A stretch of DNA of 64,000 nucleotides from an uncultured Acidobacteriota bacterium (GTDB taxonomy: Bacteria > Acidobacteriota > UBA6911), in NCBI GenBank assembly GCA_963827655.1, contig CAWHCF010000046.1:64001-128000 (forward strand), written 5' to 3'. Positions 11,587-19,937 of this stretch are shown here, one piece after another. Both the position numbers and the translations under genes were made by a program. The notes beneath the pieces are model-generated. The model had not been told where the DNA came from, did not search any database, and saw nothing but the letters and a program-made list of their open reading frames with translations. Each line of letters starts with the position of its first letter. Within the stretch, counting starts at the first letter, position 1.

Positions 11587-12243
11587 TCACGCAGTGGCGT
11601 CGGAGCATTCGCTGACGCAGGCTTCGAGCCGGCTGCGAATGCGGCAGGCGCGAATGCTGAGCGCGTTGATCGTCAAACCAAATTGTTCGGCCAGCGCCCG
11701 GCGATTCTCGATCTTGGTCCGTTGCTCTCCGTGGTAATAGCGCAAAATCAACTCGCGATTCTCGGGCTCCAGGCGCTGCAAACAACCTTCAAGGCTGTTC
11801 AGTAGCCTTTCTCTTTCTTCCGGTAAATCCTGAAATTCGGAATCTGGCTCGGATTCAGGCGTCGGGGCGCCGGGCTGTGACAAGCTATCCAGACTCACCG
11901 GGCTTGTTTCGGTCCAGCGAAGATGCTCCAGAAAGACAAACCTGGCCACTATGTAGCAGTAACGAGCAGATGGCGTGTTGGTAATGGCGCCTTCTTCCTT
12001 CAGCCTGCGTGCCACGCGGTTCAAGGTCTCGTCCGCCAGATGTTCCGGCGCAAGGCAGTTCTTCCGGTCAAAGAAAGAGACGAGTCTTCGGCACATCTCC
12101 AGGTACTTCTTCCCCCTGGAATCCCCTCCTTCATCCAGCCAGCACAGAAGCTGGTGGAATGCACCCTCGGTCAGTTCCCAGTTCTTCTTTGAATCCGGCT
12201 TTGCCTCCGGTTCGGTCGCGTTTCTTACCTCGATTATCGGCAT
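11587..12243 (-). CDS. Divergent ECF/sigma-70-family sigma factor
   Basis: PEHLADETLNRVARR (region 2-like); CLQRLEPENRELILRYY...LAEQFGLTINALSIRACRIRSRL (region 4 HTH). Confidence 0.75.
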   Translation of the reverse strand: MPIIEVRNATEPEAKPDSKKNWELTEGAFHQLLCWLDEGGDSRGKKYLEMCRRLVSFFDRKNCLAPEHLADETLNRVARRLKEEGAITNTPSARYCYIVARFVFLEHLRWTETSPVSLDSLSQPGAPTPESEPDSEFQDLPEERERLLNSLEGCLQRLEPENRELILRYYHGEQRTKIENRRALAEQFGLTINALSIRACRIRSRLEACVSECSDATA

Positions 12244-12304
12244 AGATCATCCTTCTTGTCTTCGGAGTCTTCGTGGTTAGCGCGGCGAAACAAAAATCCT
12301 CTAA

Positions 12305-12537
12305 GGGTTCGCGCAGAAATAAGTTCGCATTCTGCTGCAGGCCCCCAGGCCCGCTGGCGAGGCGCGAGCGACGATGCGTACCCGGTGCGGTACGTGAGGA
12401 GCGAGCAACAAAGCGAGCGGGCCTGCGGGCCGCAGCCCGAAGGGGCGCGATCCTCAGCCTGCTTAGCGAACAGAGACCGGTTCAAGATTGACCACCGACG
12501 CTCGCGCCAGAATGTGAAGTTATTTCTGCGCGAGCCC
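12305..12537. mobile_element. MITE-like element, copy 1 (233 bp)
   Basis: About 30-bp terminal inverted repeats GGGTTCGCGCAGAAATAAGTTCGCATTCTG ... CAGAATGTGAAGTTATTTCTGCGCGAGCCC; second copy at 46680. Confidence 0.8.
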
Positions 12538-12577
12538 TACGATACGTGACTCGCCGAGAACGTCCATATCCCAGGCA

Positions 12578-12913
12578 ATGTTCACTCGTCACCCCTTACG
12601 TGCGCAAAGCAGGCGCGAAAGGGATCACGCATTCTCTGCAACGAATGAAAACAGTTCGATCTGGCGCCTGGGCAGCCTGGCGTCAAACAGGCTTCAATGG
12701 GATTACGGCAGTAAGGCTCTGGTCTATGCGGTGCAAAGTGAAGATCTCGTCAAGCTCTACCGCCAGCATTTGGACGGCGGTTCAGCCCAACCGATGGCAA
12801 ACTTGAAAGCAGAAGACACATTTGATTTCGCCTGGCCTCGTCGTGGGCGTCTTCTAGCTTTCATGCGGGGTAATTGGCAGCATGACGCACTGATCATCAG
12901 TGGTCTGAAATGA
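12578..12913 (+). pseudogene. C-terminal remnant of a TolB/WD-like beta-propeller protein
   Basis: QWDYGSKALVY...LYRQHLDGGSAQPM...FDFAWPRRGRLLAFMRG...DALII resembles the last blades of TolB-like propellers; no N-terminus; lies next to the MITE. Confidence 0.55.
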
Positions 12914-12934
12914 CACCGGAGGAATCCAAAACCA

Positions 12935-14158
12935 CTAAGAAACGAAGACTCGAAATCCTACACTTTGAGCTTGGGTGAAAATCTCCTTGAGCCTCTCGGC
13001 CACAATGCGGTGTTCGTCTCCCTGCATCATCCACACCGAAATTCGAATCTTCCCTTTTTCTTCTCTTGAAACCATGATGGGCGGATTTCCCTCGCGCAAC
13101 TGGCGCAATACATCCTGCGAGCTGAGCTTCAGGCGATCTTCTTCCCACTCCAGGAGCGCGTGAGGGACGTTATTGGCGATTTCGGGCACGTGCTGCCTGG
13201 CGGTCAGGCCCTGAATCTTGGAGAGCTTCTCAATGATGTGGCTGACCCTGCTCTCCAGTTTGCGCCGCTCGGCCGCATGATCCACTGCGAGGTAGCGCTC
13301 CACGGCAGCAAGAAGGCCCATCAGCTCCTCCTTGCCTACTTTCATCCCGCGGCCGATACCGCCATGCGGATTGATCGCATGCTGCGCCGCTTCTATCAGG
13401 TCTTTTCGGCCCAACAGTAGACCGCTGCCCTGGGGTCCCAGCAGACCCTTCCCTCCGGAAAAGGCGACCAGGTCGAATCCGTCATTGACGTACTTCGAGA
13501 GGCGATCGACCGGAGGAACGTCGGCGGCGGCATCGTTGAATGTGGGAACCTTGCGTTCCCTGCCGACCTGAATCCACTCCCCGGCTTTGATCTGGCCGAG
13601 CGGATCGGACTTGTTGAGAAAGAACATCATTGCGGTCCGCTCGTTGATGGCTTTATTCAGTTCCTCCCGCGTCTCCACCCAGACGATCTTGGTTCCCACG
13701 AGATCCATCTGAGCCTCGTATCCGCTCCGGTGGCTTTTCTGCTGCACGATTTCGTTTTTCAACCCGGTCGTGTCGGGCAGCTGGCGGAGCTTTGCAGGAT
13801 CGCCACTGACGACACAGGCAGCGGTGGCGACCGTGATGGCTGAAGCTGCCCCGCAAGAAACCATGGCTGCCGGAACCTTGAGCAGCTCTGCGATACGTTC
13901 CCCCACCTTCTTCTGCAGCTCCGGAAGTTGAATGAAGTGCTTGCTGGCCTCGACCATTGCCTGGACGACTTCGGGGGGCATTATGGAACCGCCCAGAACC
14001 GTCACGGTGCCGACACCGTTGATAACAGGTTGCAGGCCGAGTTTGTCGAGGTAAATGCTATTGCTCTTTGAATGCGCCGGGGCTCCTCGGGCGGTGCTCA
14101 GGACCGTGGCCGCCGCGGTTGTCTGGAGAAACTGTCTGCGATTCGATTTGTTTGCCAT
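12935..14158 (-). CDS. SelA-like / DgaE-family PLP-dependent enzyme with Tat signal
   Basis: NRRQFLQ Tat motif; PVINGVGTVTVLGGS, DAAAD, FSGGKGLLGPQGSG (PLP lysine), GRGMKVGKEE. Confidence 0.85.
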   Translation of the reverse strand: MANKSNRRQFLQTTAAATVLSTARGAPAHSKSNSIYLDKLGLQPVINGVGTVTVLGGSIMPPEVVQAMVEASKHFIQLPELQKKVGERIAELLKVPAAMVSCGAASAITVATAACVVSGDPAKLRQLPDTTGLKNEIVQQKSHRSGYEAQMDLVGTKIVWVETREELNKAINERTAMMFFLNKSDPLGQIKAGEWIQVGRERKVPTFNDAAADVPPVDRLSKYVNDGFDLVAFSGGKGLLGPQGSGLLLGRKDLIEAAQHAINPHGGIGRGMKVGKEELMGLLAAVERYLAVDHAAERRKLESRVSHIIEKLSKIQGLTARQHVPEIANNVPHALLEWEEDRLKLSSQDVLRQLREGNPPIMVSREEKGKIRISVWMMQGDEHRIVAERLKEIFTQAQSVGFRVFVS

Positions 14159-14215
14159 GGTGCCCTCCCGTGGGTGAATGAGCCATCATATACCTTCTTT
14201 TTCACAGGAAAAGCT

Positions 14216-14365
14216 TCATTGGTCATTTCTCATTGGTCATCTGTCATTTGTCATTAGTTGGTGCTGCGGCCAGGTTTGCGCTCGCAGCCTACGCGGGGCC
14301 TTGCTACAATCCCTTCCCGCTATGAATGACAAATGAAAAATGAAAAATGACCAATGACTAATGAC
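14216..14365. repeat. Inverted pair of (AATGAC[C/A])n heptamer tracts around a ~65-bp core
   Basis: tcattggtcatttctcattggtcatctgtcatttgtcatt ... aatgacaaatgaaaaatgaaaaatgaccaatgactaatgac. Confidence 0.8.
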
Positions 14366-14470
14366 GTGTCCTGGCGGTGACGCGCCAGGACCTAACCGCA
14401 ATTTGAAACCGCTGGAAATCGCCGGAGGAAATCGCTACGCTGAAGGCGCCAAGCCGCTGCCTCTAACTTT

Positions 14471-16024
14471 ATGATACGACGTGACGTGATACCGCCGCAG
14501 AAACTCCACGCGCGCCATCTTTCCCGACGCGACGTCTTCGGCCTGCCTGGACGGGGCACTCAGGCTGCAGCGGTCTCGCCTCAGTCCCACGCCACAGCTG
14601 CCCTCGTGCCGGCGGCGGACGCCAGTCTCCTGTTTCCCCAATCGAACGACCCTGCGGCAGAACTGATTTACATGTCGGCGACCAAGCTGGCGCAGTGGAT
14701 CCGCGAAAAGAAAGTTTCCTCGGAGGAAGCTGTCAAGGCCTGTCTGACACGGATCGCGGACGTCAACCCGAAACTGAACGCCGTGGTGCAACTCTGCGCC
14801 GAGCGCGCTCTGGTAGAAGCGAAGGAAGCCGATGGCTTGCTGGCAAAGGGAAAGCTCAAGGGGCCCCTCCATGGAGTCCCGATGACGATCAAAGATTCCT
14901 TCGACACGGCCGGTGTCGTCAGCACAGGCGGAACTCTGGGACGCAAAGATTACATTCCGGGGCGCGATGCCACCGTCGTAGCGCGGCTTCGAGCCGCGGG
15001 GGCGATCCTGTTGGGGAAGACTAACACACCGGAGTTCACGCTTTCCTTCAACACAACCAATCTGGTTTATGGCGCGACCAGGAATCCCTACGGACTGAAC
15101 TTTCAGCCTTCGGGGAGCAGCGGGGGCGCTGCCGCCATCGTTGCCAGCGGCGGATCCCCTTTTGATATCGGCAGCGATTTCGCCGGCAGCATCCGAGAGC
15201 CCTGTCATGCCTGCGGTATCGCGGGAATCAAACCCACCTCCGGGCGGGTCCCGCGGAGCGGGCACATCGTCGGCTACGGGGGAGCGTTTGACGCTTTTCA
15301 GCAAGTGGGACCGATGGCACGGAAGGTTGAAGACCTGGTTCTTATCCTTCCCATCATTGCCGGACCTGACTATCTCGATGCGGCGATCGTGCCGGTGCCG
15401 CTCAAGAATCCGGGCGAGGTAGCGCTCAAAGGCCTGCGCGTTGCGTATTACACAACCAACGGCGAGATCGACCCCGTACCCGAAATCCAGCAGATGGTGG
15501 AAAAGTGCGCGGGTTTGATTTCCGGTCTGGGCGCCAAGGTAACGCAGTCGCGGCCTCCCATGATGAAAGAGGCGGGCGAGATCCGCTGGAGGCTTCACGG
15601 CGCCGATGGCGGCGCAACCGTTACCCGCCTGGTTAAGAAGGCCGGGACCCGACAGACCTCCCCGGTTCTTGTTCTGGGCGGTACGATGCTCAAGCCCTCT
15701 GAGTTCGCGGCGTTGGTGGAGAAACTGGATGCCTGCCGGAGTGCCATGCTGGCCTTCATGGAAGACTTTGACGTCATTCTCTGTCCGGTGAACGCCCAGC
15801 CGGCCAAGCCTCTCAGCGCGGAACCCGTTTCGCCGCGGGGAAACTACACGAGCGTCTATAACATCACGGGGTGGCCGGTCGCGGTCGTAAGAGCCGGGAC
15901 TTCTCCCGAGGGCTTGCCGTTGGGCATCCAGATCGTGGGGCGGCCGTGGGCCGAGGAAGTCGTGCTGGCAGCGGCGGCGCAACTCGAATCAAAAACCGGC
16001 GGATGGCAGAAACCGGCGATATGA
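14471..16024 (+). CDS. Amidase-signature family amidase (possible Tat signal; start uncertain)
   Basis: GPLHGVPMTIKD, GKTNTPEF, SGSSGG, GSDFAGSIR. Confidence 0.9.
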   Translation: MIRRDVIPPQKLHARHLSRRDVFGLPGRGTQAAAVSPQSHATAALVPAADASLLFPQSNDPAAELIYMSATKLAQWIREKKVSSEEAVKACLTRIADVNPKLNAVVQLCAERALVEAKEADGLLAKGKLKGPLHGVPMTIKDSFDTAGVVSTGGTLGRKDYIPGRDATVVARLRAAGAILLGKTNTPEFTLSFNTTNLVYGATRNPYGLNFQPSGSSGGAAAIVASGGSPFDIGSDFAGSIREPCHACGIAGIKPTSGRVPRSGHIVGYGGAFDAFQQVGPMARKVEDLVLILPIIAGPDYLDAAIVPVPLKNPGEVALKGLRVAYYTTNGEIDPVPEIQQMVEKCAGLISGLGAKVTQSRPPMMKEAGEIRWRLHGADGGATVTRLVKKAGTRQTSPVLVLGGTMLKPSEFAALVEKLDACRSAMLAFMEDFDVILCPVNAQPAKPLSAEPVSPRGNYTSVYNITGWPVAVVRAGTSPEGLPLGIQIVGRPWAEEVVLAAAAQLESKTGGWQKPAI

Positions 16025-16063
16025 GCCTCGCCAACCGCGAACGCGAGGCGCAGGTTTTAATGG

Positions 16064-17638
16064 ATGAGCGTGAAAGAAACTGAACCGTGCTCTTCTGTGA
16101 GACTGCCTCGACGCGCCTTTACCCGCATGCTGGGCGGCGGCGCCATAGCCTTCGTCTCGCTCGCGCCCGGAGCCGCGGGACAAGCCGCGCGGTCCGATAG
16201 CACGACCGCGAAGGGGCCCGATCCGACGGACGAGATCATTTTCATGTCCACGACTCGACTGGCGCGCATGATCCGGGAAAAGAAGGTTTCCGCAGTCGAG
16301 GCCGTGCAGGCATATATCGCGCGCATCACAGCGGTAAACCCGAAGCTGAACGCGGTCGTGCAAACTTGCTTTGACCGCGCGCTCAAGGAGGCAAAGGAGG
16401 CGGATGCGCTCGCGAGCGGGGGCCGATTCAAGGGTCCGTTGCACGGAGTGCCGATGACGATCAAGGACTCGATCGATACCGAGGGCGTCATCAGCACGGG
16501 AGGCACCGTGGGCCGGATGACGTACGTACCGGGAAAAGACGCCACCGTCGTGGCACGGCTGCGGGCTGCCGGCGCGATCTTGCTGGGGAAGACGAATACA
16601 CCCGAGTTTACGCTCGCCGGGGGAGGCATTGCGGGTCTGGGAACGACCGCAAACATCATCTATGGTGTTTCACGCAACCCATACGACTTGACTCGCAGCA
16701 CCGCGGGCAGCAGCGGAGGAGCCGGCGCAATCGTCGCCGCCGGCGGGGCGGCATTTGACATCGGTTCGGATTGGGGCGGCAGCATTCGAGGGCCATCGCA
16801 TAATAACGGCATCGCAGGCATCAAGCCGACGTCGGGCCGCGTGCCCCGCACAGGGCATATCGTCGACTTCGGGGGTATCTTCGACTCGTGGCAGCAACTC
16901 GGTCCGATGGCGCGCCGCGTGGAAGACTTGTGTCTCATTATGCCGCTGATTGTCGGTCCGGACTTCAGAGACGCGGCGATCGCGCCCGTACCCTGGAATG
17001 ATCCGGGCAAGGTCGAAGTCCCCAGGCTGCGCGTGGCTTTCTACGCGGAAAATGGCGTGGCCGAGACCACGCCCGAAACCAAGGAAACCGTCCGGCGCAC
17101 AGCCAAATTTCTTGAGGAGGCGGGCTGCCCGGTAAAGGAAGACCTTCCCAAGTCGATTCTGATGGAGATGGAGGAGGTGCGGTTCAAATTGACTCGGGCC
17201 GATGCCTGGTCCGGGCTGAGGCGCCTGGCCGACAAATGGGGCACCAAAGCCCTTTCGCCCACCATCGTCGAAAGGCTAAGCGGGGATCAGGTATCGGCCC
17301 CGGAATATACCGAACTGCTGGAAATGCAGGACGAGGCGCGCAGCAAACTGCTCTCCTGGGTGCGGAATTACGACGTGGTTTTGTGCCCGGTCCTCGGCAA
17401 GCCGGCCCAGCCGATCAATTTTGGAACCGAGGGGCCGAAGCCCGGTCCCGGCCTGAACTATACGGGTCTGTACAATAGCACGGGCTGGCCCGCGGCAGTG
17501 GTGCGGGCCGGCACCTCGCCCGAAGGTTTGCCGATCGGCATACAGGTAGTAGGACAGCCGTGGCGCGACGATGTGGTTCTTGCGGTCTGCGGTTACCTCG
17601 AGTCTAAAACCGGCGGCTGGCAGAAGCCGCCCATCTGA
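16064..17638 (+). CDS. Amidase-signature family amidase, tandem paralog with Tat-like signal
   Basis: PRRAFT; GPLHGVPMTIKD, AGSSGG, GSDWGGSIR. Confidence 0.92.
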   Translation: MSVKETEPCSSVRLPRRAFTRMLGGGAIAFVSLAPGAAGQAARSDSTTAKGPDPTDEIIFMSTTRLARMIREKKVSAVEAVQAYIARITAVNPKLNAVVQTCFDRALKEAKEADALASGGRFKGPLHGVPMTIKDSIDTEGVISTGGTVGRMTYVPGKDATVVARLRAAGAILLGKTNTPEFTLAGGGIAGLGTTANIIYGVSRNPYDLTRSTAGSSGGAGAIVAAGGAAFDIGSDWGGSIRGPSHNNGIAGIKPTSGRVPRTGHIVDFGGIFDSWQQLGPMARRVEDLCLIMPLIVGPDFRDAAIAPVPWNDPGKVEVPRLRVAFYAENGVAETTPETKETVRRTAKFLEEAGCPVKEDLPKSILMEMEEVRFKLTRADAWSGLRRLADKWGTKALSPTIVERLSGDQVSAPEYTELLEMQDEARSKLLSWVRNYDVVLCPVLGKPAQPINFGTEGPKPGPGLNYTGLYNSTGWPAAVVRAGTSPEGLPIGIQVVGQPWRDDVVLAVCGYLESKTGGWQKPPI

Positions 17639-17725
17639 TACAAACTACTGGGATTGCGGAGAGCCAACCGCAAAAACGCAAAGAAATCGCTGAGATCTTG
17701 ATGAGGAAAAGAATCAGACCCGCCA

Positions 17726-18184
17726 ATGATTGCGGGTCTTGTCTTCTTTGTGGCATACGCCGCCGTCGCCTTCAAGATACTTGCGGTTGCCGAAGTTCAG
17801 TCCGACGCAAGCCCGCCGGTAAAGGAATCCCTGCAGAGGGTCTGTGTCACCTGCCATGCCCTGGAACAGATCACATCATCTCGCCGCAGCCGATCCCAAT
17901 GGGATGACTTGATCAACCGGATGATCGAACGAGGGGCCAAGGGAACCGACGAGGAATTCACCCTGGTCTTTGACTACCTGGTCGGGCAATACGGCAGGGT
18001 CAACGTGAACACAGCCGTGGCCGACGAGATGGCGCAGGTTTTGGGTTTGCCGGAGAAGGAGGCTGAATCCATCGTCACGCACCGCCAGACCCATGGTAGA
18101 TTTGATGGCTTCGATGCCCTCATGAAGGTGCCGGATATCGACCGGGAGAAGTTGGAGAAGAGCAGGGACGCCATCTCTTTCTAG
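17726..18184 (+). CDS. Cytochrome c / helix-hairpin-helix (ComEA-like) fusion protein
   Basis: N-terminal hydrophobic segment; CVTCH plus distal Met (NRMIERGA); VNVNTA...AESIVTHRQTHGRF...LMKVPDID. Confidence 0.8.
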   Translation: MIAGLVFFVAYAAVAFKILAVAEVQSDASPPVKESLQRVCVTCHALEQITSSRRSRSQWDDLINRMIERGAKGTDEEFTLVFDYLVGQYGRVNVNTAVADEMAQVLGLPEKEAESIVTHRQTHGRFDGFDALMKVPDIDREKLEKSRDAISF

Positions 18185-18226
18185 CCTCTCGACCGTGAGC
18201 GCGAGTTCAGCCAAGGAGAAAAACGG

Positions 18227-19876
18227 ATGCATCGCTGGGTAATTGTCTGTGCGCAGATCGCCGTGCTCGCCACCGCGACAGGTCTCGGGGCCCAGGCGCC
18301 GCCGGGTGGGGAACGCCAGGGGGCGCGGCCGCCCAGTGGCATGCAGGGGAGATTGGACCCGGCGAAGCTGATGCAGCCGCCTACCGATACCTGGCCGACT
18401 TACAACGGCGACTATTCGGGACGCCGCTACAGCACGCTGTCGAAAATCACTACCTCTAACATCAACTCGCTCAGCCTGGCCTGGGTCTACCGGGTGAATA
18501 CCGGCGGAGGCGGCGGCTTTGGAGGTGCGAGAATCTCGGCGACACCGCTCCAGATTAACGGTGTCCTCTACTTTACGATTCCCGACCATGTGTGGGCCCT
18601 GGACGCGCGCACGGGGCGCGAGATATGGCATCACGCCTGGCAATCGAAGGGCGGCATCCACATCGGCAACCGCGGTGTCGGAATTCATGGCAGCCGGCTC
18701 TATTTCGAGACTCCGGACTGCAATCTCGTCTGCCTGGACTTGAAGGACGGCAAAGAGAGATGGCGAAAGCCGATCTGCGACCTGGACCAGTTTTACTTTG
18801 GTTCAATGGCGCCTCTTATCGTGAAGAACCACGTCATCGCTGGTGTGAGCGGCGACGATTTGGATACTCCCGGATATATCCAGTCGCACGACCCGGAGAC
18901 GGGAGAGTTGCAGTGGCGCTGGCATGTAGTGCCACAGAAGAAGGGTGATCCCGGCTCCGAGACCTGGCCGAACGAGGACGCCATGAAGCACGGCGGAGGT
19001 ATGACCTGGCTGACCCCTACGTACGACCCGGAGCTCAACCTCATTTATGTCCCGACAGGCAATCCGCAACCGGTGATCGCGCACAAGAACCGCGAAGGCG
19101 CCAACCTTTTCACGGGTTCGATTGTGGCCCTGAACCCGGATACAGGCAAGATGGCATGGTATTTTCAATCTTCGCCGCACGACACACACGACTGGGATTC
19201 GACGCAGACGCCCGTGCTTTTCGACGGAGAAATCAACGGACAAAAGCGCAAGCTCGTGGCGCAGGCGGCACGGAATGGCCATTTCTTCGTGCTGGACCGC
19301 GTGAACGGCAAGAACATTGTGTCGGCTGAGTTCGTCAAGACCAACTGGGCGATGGGCTACGACGCCAGAGGGCAGCCGATTCCAAACCCCGCGAAGATGC
19401 CTCAGGTTGATGGCACGCTGGTATCGCCGGCTCAGGCAGGTGGAACCAACTGGCCACCGCCGAGCTTCAGCCCCGATACCGGCCTGTTTTATGTGAGCGC
19501 TACACGCGCGTATAGCGTGTACTACATTTTCGATACCGACGACAATCCGCAGGGCTGGGGTGGAACCGATCGCGGAGGGTGGTCGGAAACCATGGTGCAG
19601 GCGATCGACTACAAGACAGGCAAGATCCGCTGGAGCCATAAGTGGGAAGGGGGTGCCCGTTCCGGTTTGTTGAGCACGGCGGGCGGATTGCTCTTTGCGG
19701 GGGACGGCTCGAACAATATCGTGGCCCTCAACGCCACAACCGGAGAGCCGCTGTGGCATGCCAATCTCGGCAACTCCGTGACGAACGGTCCGATCACCTT
19801 TGAACTGGACGGCACGCAATATTTAGTCGTGGGTGCAGGCGACACTCTCTTCGGATTCGCCCTGCTGAGCCGATGA
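18227..19876 (+). CDS. PQQ-like dehydrogenase of acido-empty-quinoprotein group A type
   Basis: WPTYNGDYSGRRYS, GGIHIGNRG (no Cys-Cys), SPHDTHDWDS, AARNG. Confidence 0.85.
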   Translation: MHRWVIVCAQIAVLATATGLGAQAPPGGERQGARPPSGMQGRLDPAKLMQPPTDTWPTYNGDYSGRRYSTLSKITTSNINSLSLAWVYRVNTGGGGGFGGARISATPLQINGVLYFTIPDHVWALDARTGREIWHHAWQSKGGIHIGNRGVGIHGSRLYFETPDCNLVCLDLKDGKERWRKPICDLDQFYFGSMAPLIVKNHVIAGVSGDDLDTPGYIQSHDPETGELQWRWHVVPQKKGDPGSETWPNEDAMKHGGGMTWLTPTYDPELNLIYVPTGNPQPVIAHKNREGANLFTGSIVALNPDTGKMAWYFQSSPHDTHDWDSTQTPVLFDGEINGQKRKLVAQAARNGHFFVLDRVNGKNIVSAEFVKTNWAMGYDARGQPIPNPAKMPQVDGTLVSPAQAGGTNWPPPSFSPDTGLFYVSATRAYSVYYIFDTDDNPQGWGGTDRGGWSETMVQAIDYKTGKIRWSHKWEGGARSGLLSTAGGLLFAGDGSNNIVALNATTGEPLWHANLGNSVTNGPITFELDGTQYLVVGAGDTLFGFALLSR

Positions 19877-19937
19877 CGCTACCGCCAAGACGCAAGCACG
19901 CGAAGAAACGCTTCTCGACTTGATTCCTGCGAGACCG

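Noticed and set aside
12935-14158. True selenocysteine synthase selA
   Set aside because: It has a Tat signal and DgaE-like motifs, and no selB, selC or selD is nearby.
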